The notes beneath the pieces are model-generated. The model saw only the letters and a program-made list of their open reading frames with translations. It was not told the origin of the DNA and searched no databases. From contig JAVZLK010000004.1 in the NCBI GenBank assembly GCA_038883795.1, forward strand, positions 14,496-78,495: a stretch of DNA of 64,000 nt, in the 5' to 3' direction. This document shows, piece after piece, positions 55,464 through 64,000 of the stretch. A program made the position numbers and the translations under genes. Each line of letters opens with the position of its first letter. Position 1 is the first letter of the stretch. The stretch is from Candidatus Bathyarchaeia archaeon. GTDB taxonomy: Archaea; Thermoproteota; Bathyarchaeia; Bathyarchaeales; Bathycorpusculaceae.

Positions 55464-57302
55464 TCAGCGAAGCTTAATTTCTCTTATAAACCCCAAGTTT
55501 TCCAGGCTGTTCATTTGCACCTTTGCTTCGGACACCGTGTACAATACATTATCAATGTAAAGCGCCCTTGATATATAATAGTAGGCATCATTCTCTTGGT
55601 GAGTAACATTACCCCTTAAAACGAGTCCTTCATCCAAATTTATTTTGAAAACGTAGACACCATACCATGGGAGAAAATTGTATTCTAGATGTGGGTCTTG
55701 GTAATAAATTGTCACTGGAATAGCTAAAAGCTCCTTCGTTTTATTGAAGAGAAACGCCTTATGCTCTGTCAAAGCCAAAGTGTATGACCAATAACCATCA
55801 ATTTTATACTCCGTTATGTTCCTTGGAGCTGTAACATTGCTAACGTCATAGACGGAAATTTTCACGTTACTTCCATCCATCCCTAAGCCTATAATGTGAT
55901 TTCCATCGTAGGGATGCAGATAGCTTGTAAAACCTGGAATTTTTAAGTAGCCTAAAACTTTTGGTTCACTAGCATTCTCAACATCTATTACGAAAAATGG
56001 GTCTCTTTGAACTACAGAGGTTGAAAGGTAACAGCGATTTCCTATAAATCTAGCCGAGTTCATGCGCTCATTAAAGGCAAGGGTTATGTTTTCTAATCTT
56101 CCAACAATGCTTAAGTTCATATCTAATATGAACAAGTTGTTTTGGATGTTTCCGTTCACCCATTCACTAGTGGCTATTCTGAAGTAACCATTATGCTCAT
56201 CCATTGAGAATTGGTTAAGCGGATGTCCTAAGACGGAGCCTACGGCTTCTGGAGTGATAGTGCTGTTTTCTATGCGTATTCTATATATGGTTGTGTTTTG
56301 GTAGTTTTCTGGGAATGTTATGTAAACATTGTTTAAAGAAACATACATGCAGCTTGCTCCGCCCAGCATAATTGGCTTGTATGTTGCTTCTTCCGTGGCG
56401 TTTTGCATGTTGAAGGCAACAATTGTTGTGTACAAATAGTACTCATCAGAAGCATTATAATAGTAGATTTCGGTGGCGTCTATTTCTTTGGTTCCTTCCT
56501 TTGTGTAAATTTTCGGAAGAATAACCATGCCATCGATGAGGTAGGCTGGTTCGCTGACAACAAAATAGACGTAGTCGCCTATCATTCTTGAATTGAAGTA
56601 GCTGCCACTTATCGTGAAATTTTTTAGGAAAACCGGGTTCGCTTTGTTTGAAATGTCATATAAGTCTATGAAAGTTTTCATGTTTAGGCAATAATATGCA
56701 AAATACTCATATGGGAACTTTAAAGGAATAAAATACTGGCATCCTAAAACCGCTAATCTATCGCGGCTTACAAAGATTCCCACAAGATAAGTGTCATTAT
56801 AGGTTATTTTCGAAACTAACTCAGCTTCTTCTGGCGGATAAGCCTTTAAAATAGAGACATCGCTTCCTGACACCACATAGATGTATCCTCCATCGGTTTT
56901 TACGATGTCTGCTTCGTCCACCCCAGCAACCTGAACGTTTGTTGTTGAATATTCGACATTTGTGCGCACTTCAAGTCCTAATGGATATATTCCTAAAATT
57001 TCAAAATCAAAAGGTCCATAGAATATAAATGGGGAACTATTAGATAAGAAACTTTTAAGCTCGTCTAGGGATGAGAATGTCCTTAAGGCTGTGAGCGATG
57101 GGGTGGGTGAAGGCTCCGTGGGTGGGGTAGGTTCAACGGGTACTGTTGGCTGGGTGGGTTCTTCATATTGTGGATTAACCCCCAGATTATAGCATACTGA
57201 GCTTAATAATATTGCTAGGAGAACAGCGGCAAAACCGTAAACGTATGCACGCTTCTTAATTTCCTTCTGCATCCCAATCGCCATTAAACAAAGCGTTATC
57301 AT
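55464..57302 (-). CDS. Secreted/anchored beta-propeller domain protein
   Basis: N-terminal TM helix, Pro/Thr linker, and TNVQVAGVDEADIVKTDGGYIYVV, typical of the bacterial/archaeal Beta_propel family. Confidence 0.6.
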   Translation of the reverse strand: MITLCLMAIGMQKEIKKRAYVYGFAAVLLAILLSSVCYNLGVNPQYEEPTQPTVPVEPTPPTEPSPTPSLTALRTFSSLDELKSFLSNSSPFIFYGPFDFEILGIYPLGLEVRTNVEYSTTNVQVAGVDEADIVKTDGGYIYVVSGSDVSILKAYPPEEAELVSKITYNDTYLVGIFVSRDRLAVLGCQYFIPLKFPYEYFAYYCLNMKTFIDLYDISNKANPVFLKNFTISGSYFNSRMIGDYVYFVVSEPAYLIDGMVILPKIYTKEGTKEIDATEIYYYNASDEYYLYTTIVAFNMQNATEEATYKPIMLGGASCMYVSLNNVYITFPENYQNTTIYRIRIENSTITPEAVGSVLGHPLNQFSMDEHNGYFRIATSEWVNGNIQNNLFILDMNLSIVGRLENITLAFNERMNSARFIGNRCYLSTSVVQRDPFFVIDVENASEPKVLGYLKIPGFTSYLHPYDGNHIIGLGMDGSNVKISVYDVSNVTAPRNITEYKIDGYWSYTLALTEHKAFLFNKTKELLAIPVTIYYQDPHLEYNFLPWYGVYVFKINLDEGLVLRGNVTHQENDAYYYISRALYIDNVLYTVSEAKVQMNSLENLGFIREIKLR

Positions 57303-57342
57303 TCTATTTTATTCTAATCTTTAGTACAGCCTAAAGCAGAAA

Positions 57343-57801
57343 CTAGAATGGTTTCAAAGACCATATGCGTATAGCTTCATACCAAAATATTGCCGAAATT
57401 ATGGCTCCAAAGAAGATTATGAAAAGGTTTTCTCTTGTGAAACCTTGCATTAAAAATAGGAGATAAGCCACATAGAAGGTTGTGGAGAAAACCGCGTAAA
57501 AGAAGTATCTTGGAAATAGGATTCTGCCCAACTTTACAAAGTGTCGAAGCACACCGATTTTGACTTCGCCAACCAAAGAGTAGTGTCCACCAATATCATG
57601 TTTCTGCACCAAGCCTAATTCACGTAATTGTTCAAGGTGGTGCTGTGCTACGCTTGGGCTGCTGAAATGAAGGGCTCTTTGAACTTCGCGAACACTCATT
57701 GGTCTACCGCTTTTTAATAGAAGCCAATAAACTTTCCAGTCCTTCCCCCTAAGCGCATATTCAAATTTGGCTTCATCCTCCTCACTCAATGGGCGACACA
57801 C
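57343..57801 (-). CDS. Winged-HTH protein with two C-terminal TM helices
   Basis: PMSVREVQRALHFSSPSVAQHHLEQLRELGLV, followed by two hydrophobic helices. Confidence 0.55.
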   Translation of the reverse strand: MCRPLSEEDEAKFEYALRGKDWKVYWLLLKSGRPMSVREVQRALHFSSPSVAQHHLEQLRELGLVQKHDIGGHYSLVGEVKIGVLRHFVKLGRILFPRYFFYAVFSTTFYVAYLLFLMQGFTRENLFIIFFGAIISAIFWYEAIRIWSLKPF

Positions 57802-57868
57802 TTCTCTAAATTAAATCCATAACATGTGAGGCTTATAAGTCCAATTTTTAGAACAAAAACCGACCATG

Positions 57869-58441
57869 TTAACTGAAATGCGCAGTAATTTCTTTTTCTA
57901 TCTCCACTACTGGTCTGTTTGCGTTTATAATGTTCCACTCATCAATTAATGCCAAATAAAGAGCTTTACGCCTAATCTTTTCCAATTCTTTCAAGCTTTC
58001 AAACATTTCCCGCCTTTTTCGTCCTTGCTGTATTCTTTTATAAGCCTCCTCTGGTGTAACGTCCAGGAAAAACATGAAATTTGATGTTGGCACAATGGCT
58101 GCGAAGAAGTGGTAGGCTATTCTGTGTAATGGTGATGGCAGATAGGCGGTTCCCATAAGGTAACGGACAAAAATTATGTAGTCAAATTTCCTCCAAGAAT
58201 AAAGCAAAATTGAACGGATAACATCAACCATGTAAAAGAGGGCTGCTGCAAAATGGGCACTTCTACCCCTCAAGTAAAGAAACTGTTTTGCTTTTATTCC
58301 GAAAAAATTGTCGTTTGAAGGGTGAAAACGCAAATAAACCCTTTTTCCACCACTTTTTAGAAAGTTGTAAAGCCTAAAGGCTTGGGTGCTTTTTCCAGAA
58401 GCATCCAAACCGTCTATGGCTACGAAAACCAACCCTTTCAT
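57869..58441 (-). CDS. P-loop kinase of the thymidylate kinase family
   Basis: VAIDGLDASGKST P-loop and VRYLMGTAY (DRY-like region). ATGA overlap with the upstream gene. Confidence 0.55.
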   Translation of the reverse strand: MKGLVFVAIDGLDASGKSTQAFRLYNFLKSGGKRVYLRFHPSNDNFFGIKAKQFLYLRGRSAHFAAALFYMVDVIRSILLYSWRKFDYIIFVRYLMGTAYLPSPLHRIAYHFFAAIVPTSNFMFFLDVTPEEAYKRIQQGRKRREMFESLKELEKIRRKALYLALIDEWNIINANRPVVEIEKEITAHFS

Positions 58442-59154
58442 AAACCTCCATTCAAAAGGAAGAAGGTCAAAGCGCCGAAGGCTGGCACAGTTAAATTGTC
58501 AAAGCCTAAGGGTGTAAACCCTTCAACCAAAGTTGTGACTGCAGCCACAGCAACCGCAGAGAAGACCTTATCGACAAATGAGAATGGCAATATTAGCGAG
58601 AAATAGAAGAGGCTTAAAGCGAAGACGATAAAGCTTGCAAGGAACATGGCAGCAGAGCCTTCAAAGCTTTTTTCTGCAAAAACTCCATATTTCCTCTTGC
58701 CAAACTTTTCTCCAACAATAGAAGCTATGGCATCGCCGTAAGCCATAGGCAAGATGCCCGCCGCCAAAACCATAACATACTGTTTAGAGGCGAAAAGCAG
58801 AGCCAAAACTGTGTAGGATATGGCATAAAAAACTAGTCCCAATTGATGACCTTCTTCGGTTATGTCTGCAAGTCCCTTCATTTTTTTGCTTAAATTTTTG
58901 AATGGTGAATAGGCGGATGCGAAAAATGTTATGGGTATAAATGGGGCTGCAACAAGAAATGGGTAAATGTTGGATGTGAAGAATGGGATTATGAAGGGAA
59001 GGTTTCCAATCATTATGTGCAAGAATTTTCGGGAAGCCTTTCGCTGTATGCCTAAAATTTTCTCCATTCTGCCAGAAACAAAAATTATTAGCAGTATGTA
59101 AAAATAGCATAGAAGCATCAAAAGAACGTTTGTAAAAACCTCATCACTAATCAA
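58438..59154 (-). CDS. CTP-dependent polyprenol (dolichol/phytol) kinase / cytidylyltransferase-family membrane protein
   Basis: SRKFLHIMIG and YGDAIASIVGEKFGKRKY motifs; polytopic. Confidence 0.5.
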   Translation of the reverse strand: MISDEVFTNVLLMLLCYFYILLIIFVSGRMEKILGIQRKASRKFLHIMIGNLPFIIPFFTSNIYPFLVAAPFIPITFFASAYSPFKNLSKKMKGLADITEEGHQLGLVFYAISYTVLALLFASKQYVMVLAAGILPMAYGDAIASIVGEKFGKRKYGVFAEKSFEGSAAMFLASFIVFALSLFYFSLILPFSFVDKVFSAVAVAAVTTLVEGFTPLGFDNLTVPAFGALTFFLLNGGL

Positions 59155-59163
59155 GGTTTCACC

Positions 59164-60012
59164 CTAAAAGGCTCCAGCAATAAAAGCTAACAATCCAATG
59201 AGAAACCATAAAAGAACAATGTTTTTGACCTTTCTGGCGTTTTCCCTCGAAAAGTCTTTAAGAAGCATGACTGTGGAAGCCAAAAGTCCAAAATCAGTTA
59301 TAGCCACGAGGGGAAAGAACCCAAAAGAAACGTTTCCCAAAAGCCCCGGAATCGGACTTAAAAGTACCGCAGAAAAATAAAATAATGCAGCAGTTATGGC
59401 TGCTCTTTTTTCTCCATAAAGAACAGCCAAAGTTTTCACATTCTGTGTTCTATCCCCCTGAACATCAACTATTCCCTTGGTTATTTCTCTGCCAGTGTTT
59501 GACAGGAAAACCATTAAAACGAAAATCAAAACATTCGGTACAACATTATTAACTGCGGCTACACTTCCATAAATAAATGGTAATGCTACGCATGTGCTAA
59601 CGAGAAAGTTTCCGGGCAAACCGCTACGCTTTCCAACAGTTGTATATGTTACAAAGATTGTCCATGCAATTATGGCTATTAAGAAACAGAGAGGGTTTGT
59701 TAAGAATGCACTTACAAAACCTATGATCGTAAGTGCTGATGCGAAAATTAGGGCGTTTTTTGGCTGGATTAAGCCGCTTGGAATTGGACGTTTCGGCTCG
59801 TTTACAGCATCAATTTCCCTGTCATAATAGTCATTTATAGCCATGGACGCAGCGGTTAAAGCAAAACCAGTGATAAACCCGTATGTGAGGTTTTGCCAAC
59901 TAACGCCTAAAACATTTGGGTTTGCTAGGGCTGCGCCCACTATGACAGCAAAGCCCATCATTAGACAGTTTATTGGACGCATTAAACGAAGATACCCGCC
60001 GACTTTTCTCAT
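59164..60012 (-). CDS. UbiA-family prenyltransferase, digeranylgeranylglyceryl phosphate synthase-like
   Basis: NDYYDREIDAVNEPKRPIPSG. About 280 aa with 8-9 TM helices. Confidence 0.8.
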   Translation of the reverse strand: MRKVGGYLRLMRPINCLMMGFAVIVGAALANPNVLGVSWQNLTYGFITGFALTAASMAINDYYDREIDAVNEPKRPIPSGLIQPKNALIFASALTIIGFVSAFLTNPLCFLIAIIAWTIFVTYTTVGKRSGLPGNFLVSTCVALPFIYGSVAAVNNVVPNVLIFVLMVFLSNTGREITKGIVDVQGDRTQNVKTLAVLYGEKRAAITAALFYFSAVLLSPIPGLLGNVSFGFFPLVAITDFGLLASTVMLLKDFSRENARKVKNIVLLWFLIGLLAFIAGAF

Positions 60013-60132
60013 GTTTTAAACCTTGCCATAACATTTAGCTTCTCTTTAAAGTTATAAAATTCACGATTAAATTCGAAAGTTTAATACGTTTGGCATAAGT
60101 AAACCATTCTAAAGTCTATTGGTGATAGGCTT

Positions 60133-61404
60133 TTGAACCCTAACTATGCCCCAGAAAGGTTAAGAGTGATAATTCCTGTTGGAGGAAAAGCCACAAGACT
60201 ACTACCGCTTACTGCTGAAACGAGTAAGGCTTGTCTGCGCATACTCAACAGACCCTTAATAGAATTTTCCCTCCTATCCCTAGCCAACCAAGGAATTAGA
60301 AACTTCATTTTCGGGGTGAAGGGCTACACAAACTATAGGGATCTACATGACTATTTTGAGTCAGGTTATGGATTCTCCGCCAGATACGGCATAAAGCCCA
60401 GAGTTCATATAAAATATCAACCAAACATAGAAGATTTGGGAAGCGCAGACTCCGCAAGAATAAACATGGAATACTACAACGTTAGGGATCCAGTTTTTGC
60501 TGTGCAAGGCGACAACATTTTTGACGTGAACTTGAAAGAGCTTGTGGAGTTTCACCAGAAAAAGGGCGCCATCATGACCATAGCCTTAAGGGAAGTAGAA
60601 GACGTGGAAGGTTATGGAATAGCAGACATAAACAGAGATATGCGAATCTCAAGATTTGTGGAAAAACCAGCGCCAAAAGATGCTCCATCAAATCTTGCAA
60701 ACACTGGTTTGTACATGGTTTCGCCTGAAATAAGAAAAATCTTCAAAGAGGAAGGCGTTAAAAAAATAATTAAGGAAAGGCAGCGCCTAGATTTCGGCTA
60801 CGATTTCATTCCTTACCTGATACAAAGCGGAAGACCAGTTTATGGTTACACTTTAAAAGGAAGCTGGTATGACGTCGGCAACCCAAAACGTTACCTACAA
60901 ACAATGCAGGACATGCTTCAAGGGCGTTTCTCTTCATTGACAGGTTTTGGCGGAAGAATAAGCGAAGAGGAAAGAATTTGGGTTCAGGGAGAAAGCACAG
61001 AATCAATGAAGAGGAGAAAGGAAATCATAAAGAAAATCAAGCAAGGAAAAATAGAGGTTAAAGGCGCTGTCCTCATTGGGAGACACTGCCAAATAGAAGA
61101 TGGCGCAAGAATAGTGAATTCATGCATTGACAATTACACTAAAATTGGCAAAGGCGTTGTTATAGAAAATTCCGCCATCATGGACAGAGTTATAATTGAG
61201 GAAAAGGCGGAGATAAAAGAAAGCATTATAGGACGTCACGTAACAGTTCTCTCAAGCCCCAAAAAGCAAACCAAGATAGAGGCTGTTTCCGTTGTCGCCG
61301 ACGACGTAACCATAGCAGAAGGCTGCAAACTGACAGCAACAAAAATCTATCCACACCAGTTCGTAAAGGGAGAATTCATAAATCAAACGTTAATGCCTGG
61401 CTAA
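60133..61404 (+). CDS. Sugar-1-phosphate nucleotidyltransferase with C-terminal left-handed beta-helix
   Basis: IIPVGGKATRLLPLT, and hexapeptide-like repeats near the C-terminus. Start may be GTG at 60166. Confidence 0.8.
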   Translation: MNPNYAPERLRVIIPVGGKATRLLPLTAETSKACLRILNRPLIEFSLLSLANQGIRNFIFGVKGYTNYRDLHDYFESGYGFSARYGIKPRVHIKYQPNIEDLGSADSARINMEYYNVRDPVFAVQGDNIFDVNLKELVEFHQKKGAIMTIALREVEDVEGYGIADINRDMRISRFVEKPAPKDAPSNLANTGLYMVSPEIRKIFKEEGVKKIIKERQRLDFGYDFIPYLIQSGRPVYGYTLKGSWYDVGNPKRYLQTMQDMLQGRFSSLTGFGGRISEEERIWVQGESTESMKRRKEIIKKIKQGKIEVKGAVLIGRHCQIEDGARIVNSCIDNYTKIGKGVVIENSAIMDRVIIEEKAEIKESIIGRHVTVLSSPKKQTKIEAVSVVADDVTIAEGCKLTATKIYPHQFVKGEFINQTLMPG

Positions 61405-61472
61405 ATTCTCAGCAAACGTCAACTATTCATCACAAAAGTTTTATTAACTTATATAAGCCATATTTCAGAGCC

Positions 61473-62489
61473 ATGTTACATATGAAATTTCGCATAATTG
61501 GTTTGTTCTCAATATGTTTAATAATATTCGCTGTTGCTTGTCGCCAAGTTTCCGTTGTCTATGCGCTAAATGGAGCGCAATTAATGGAAAATGTAGCTAT
61601 TTCCGTTAACTGCACAACCGCCCAGCTGCACATCACAAGCATGGTTGCATCCAGCGACGCTTCGCTTGTAAACTTCACGAGTGGCGTAAACATGAATGAC
61701 CCAAACTTAATAAATGCAACCACAATTAGCGCCATATTTTCAGCAGATGGATCTTTTCTAGGATACCTTTTCAACAACACTGATCCAACAACTGCCACAT
61801 CAATTGCGGACTCGATTACTCCGGGTGTATCCACAGCCTTTAATACTGCTTTCACGTATCTTTCAACCGGCACATACGAAACCTTTGCCAATGTAACATA
61901 CACTGGACCAGCAAAAGCCAATTTGCAGTCTTATACGGAATGGTTAATAACTCAGTGTCTGGCTTCTGATTTAGGAGGATTTTCGTTGACATTTTCACCG
62001 ATGTCTCAAGCGCCGCATGCTGTAGTTGTTGTTAGCGCAATGAAAGACAGCGGTGGGTTTGACTGGGAATATTCAATGATGGTTGGCTATTATACAAGCA
62101 TTACACCCGGCTCTGGCAACCATACCATTGACGTTCTATATTGGCTTAATGTAGAATCCCTTGCGCCTTCATCATACGCTTCTGAACCCGAGATTGGTTA
62201 CGACTCAATGGTTTCGCTTACAATTTATTCAAACCAAACAATCAGTTATGTTTCATGTGAACCAGGATTGGCAGACTTTCCTGGAAATCGAGGGTGGACA
62301 TATTATCAGTATGAACCAACAAGTTTAGTGGCTTACTTCGGCTTTGGCGATGATTCCTCACCAGTCAGTCCATTAACCTTCACCTTTTCAGGATTAGTAG
62401 TTCCAGAGTTCTCGACTCCAGCCTTACTTGCCATGTTCACATTAGCCGCAACAATAGCCCTAATTGCAAGAAAGCGTCTCTTAAAGTGA
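61473..62489 (+). CDS. Secreted surface protein with PEF-CTERM-like sorting tail
   Basis: N-terminal signal/TM helix. Ends VVPEFSTPALLAMFTLAATIALIARKRLLK* (PEF, TM helix, basic cluster). Confidence 0.6.
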   Translation: MLHMKFRIIGLFSICLIIFAVACRQVSVVYALNGAQLMENVAISVNCTTAQLHITSMVASSDASLVNFTSGVNMNDPNLINATTISAIFSADGSFLGYLFNNTDPTTATSIADSITPGVSTAFNTAFTYLSTGTYETFANVTYTGPAKANLQSYTEWLITQCLASDLGGFSLTFSPMSQAPHAVVVVSAMKDSGGFDWEYSMMVGYYTSITPGSGNHTIDVLYWLNVESLAPSSYASEPEIGYDSMVSLTIYSNQTISYVSCEPGLADFPGNRGWTYYQYEPTSLVAYFGFGDDSSPVSPLTFTFSGLVVPEFSTPALLAMFTLAATIALIARKRLLK

Positions 62490-62498
62490 AGAACAAAA

Positions 62499-62972
62499 AT
62501 GATTATTGACTTAAAAGAAACCAGAAAAAGAACAGTACCCGTGAACCAGTACATAGATAGCTTAAAACAGACTTTCAAAGAAAAATTTCTGGCGAGAAAG
62601 CATACATACAAATTGAACCAAGAGGCAATAAATAGAATTAAGGAATTTGCAGACAAATATCTCATAGTTGCCTTCTCTGCAGAATGGTGCAAAGACTGTG
62701 CAGCAAACATTCCAGTCTTAGCCCGCATATCCGAAAAAACCGGTTTAGAAGTTAGAGTGTTCGGAGGTTTAATGAAGGATCCGTTAAGTCATGAAAGAAA
62801 ATGGAGGATTCCACCTTCGCCACCTGAAGTAGAAACGTTTAACGTGGACAAGATTCCATTGATAATTTTGTTTGATAAGAATGGAAAAGAGATTGGAAGA
62901 ATAGTTGAAAATCCACGCGAACCAACGCTGGAAGAAGAATTGCTGAAAATTATTTTACAACAGCATCAGTAG
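62499..62972 (+). CDS. Thioredoxin-fold protein
   Basis: FSAEWCKDCAANIP (WCxxC). Confidence 0.7.
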   Translation: MIIDLKETRKRTVPVNQYIDSLKQTFKEKFLARKHTYKLNQEAINRIKEFADKYLIVAFSAEWCKDCAANIPVLARISEKTGLEVRVFGGLMKDPLSHERKWRIPPSPPEVETFNVDKIPLIILFDKNGKEIGRIVENPREPTLEEELLKIILQQHQ

Positions 62973-62986
62973 ATAAGCTAGAAGAA

Positions 62987-63544
62987 TTAGGCTTTAAACC
63001 ACTTGAATATTAGGTATCTTATTTTCTCCTTTTCCATGTCTGGCACTGCTATTATGAACCGTTTCCGAACAGTTGTTGCAAGCCTTCCAGCCTTCACAAT
63101 CTCTGTCGCCGTTATTTCTGAAGAAGCGCTTTTAACAGAAACCATGTAAGGCGCATGTTCAATGCCTGGTCCATGCTTGTAAACGGCAAAGTCGCATCCA
63201 AACTTTATTCCAGGCGTAACAATCAAGCCATTGTCACGTAAGTCTCGGTAAACAGCATACTTTTCATCAAACTCCTCATATAATTGCCTAGCTTTTTGAC
63301 GCAACTTTTTGAGGCCGACTTTCTTCTTTGCTGGTCCTTCATAAATGCTTATGATTCCTTTTTCGGCAAGATATAATCCTTCCATCAAATCCAAAATTAG
63401 TGGGACCTCAAATTCTGGAATTTTAGGTTTTGGAATGCCTAAGGGTTTTCCGTAAAAGCCCTTCTTATAGAGTTTAGACCCTTCCTTGGGGTTCCAAACG
63501 ATTAAGAAGTTTTCAATGAATTCGACATCAATTTTTTTAGGCAT
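62987..63544 (-). CDS. endA: tRNA-splicing (tRNA-intron) endonuclease
   Basis: GIKFGCDFAVYKHGPGIEHAPYMVSV catalytic-domain pattern; 185 aa. Confidence 0.85.
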   Translation of the reverse strand: MPKKIDVEFIENFLIVWNPKEGSKLYKKGFYGKPLGIPKPKIPEFEVPLILDLMEGLYLAEKGIISIYEGPAKKKVGLKKLRQKARQLYEEFDEKYAVYRDLRDNGLIVTPGIKFGCDFAVYKHGPGIEHAPYMVSVKSASSEITATEIVKAGRLATTVRKRFIIAVPDMEKEKIRYLIFKWFKA

Positions 63545-63560
63545 TAGAATTTTCGCCTTT

Positions 63561-64000
63561 TCACATTATGAAAGAAAGGATTCTAGCGGCGTCTGCTGCA
63601 TCTTCAGCCTTGTCCGCTGAATCTTCCAATAGTTGTAGAACATCTCTTAGAAGGATTAGGGCTGGAAAGTCCAGTTTGCTGTTTAATAGTTTTATTTCTA
63701 ATTCACGGTATAACTCATCAACTGCCCTTTCTGCAACTTCAACTTCCTTGGCTTTTTCCATGGCTTTAGATGAACCGTAAGTGAGAACCATGGCGGTTTC
63801 TCTAAGCTTAAGCACGGCCTCTAAAACGGTTTCTGAAAGCTTCAGTAAGTCCTTTTTTATGTCCATGGGAACATTCCAGTTGTGCTCCATAATTTCCACT
63901 AGGCGGAAGGCTATGCCCTCTGAGAAGTCCGCAATCTCGCTTGTGAGGTTTGTAAATCTTAAGAAGTCTTCTCTGCTGAGGAGGATGGCTCCTATTTCGG
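63561..64000 (-). CDS. DUF47/PhoU-like protein (5' end outside window)
   Basis: The frame stays open upstream of the listed start to the window edge (..EIGAILLSREDFLRFTNLTSEIADFSEGIAFRLVEIMEH..). All-helical with a DELYREL pattern. Confidence 0.5.
   Translation of the reverse strand, partial: EIGAILLSREDFLRFTNLTSEIADFSEGIAFRLVEIMEHNWNVPMDIKKDLLKLSETVLEAVLKLRETAMVLTYGSSKAMEKAKEVEVAERAVDELYRELEIKLLNSKLDFPALILLRDVLQLLEDSADKAEDAADAARILSFIM

Overview
The window is archaeal: it carries archaeal-style tRNAs, pyrB/pyrI, DGGGP synthase, tRNA-splicing endonuclease EndA and a four-subunit 2-oxoacid:ferredoxin oxidoreductase. The lineage cannot be assigned by eye.

The left ~20 kb looks like an accessory island. 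It contains:
1. A partial PLD/HKD nuclease with a B3-like tail, followed by an SF2 helicase and a metallophosphoesterase.
2. A 1430-aa sacsin-like GHKL ATPase ending in a DUF3883 nuclease-like domain.
3. A nested palindrome array and an orphan IS1-like zinc-ribbon ORF that is missing from the ORF track.
4. Nine co-directional genes (11.2-20.4 kb). Four are secreted paralogs with SipW-cognate/TasA-like N-termini, arranged around an archaeal signal peptidase I that is fused to a polytopic membrane domain. These are followed by a T/Q-rich membrane protein and an overlapping NurA-like/HerA-like pair.

I rate the fibre/peptidase locus, possibly together with the NurA/HerA pair, as the best candidate for an undescribed system.

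Two blocks (about 1.1-3.1 kb and 11.6-17.4 kb) have a G-poor, A/C-rich coding strand, and their boundaries fall inside genes.

The remaining ~44 kb is mostly housekeeping:
- the por operon, a radical SAM gene, and divergent pyrI/pyrB;
- an NrdD-like protein with an N-terminal wHTH and no recognisable glycyl-radical motif;
- dtxR-feoAB, an ABC exporter, an enolase-superfamily epimerase and GlpX;
- a beta-helix surface protein split at an A6 run;
- H+-PPase and a P-type ATPase;
- an acetate module (SatP-like, Acs, Pat-like);
- AsnRS, lipid-biosynthesis genes, a PEF-CTERM-like protein and EndA.

Four tRNAs were found and no CRISPR array. All functional calls rest on motif recognition by eye. No database search was run.
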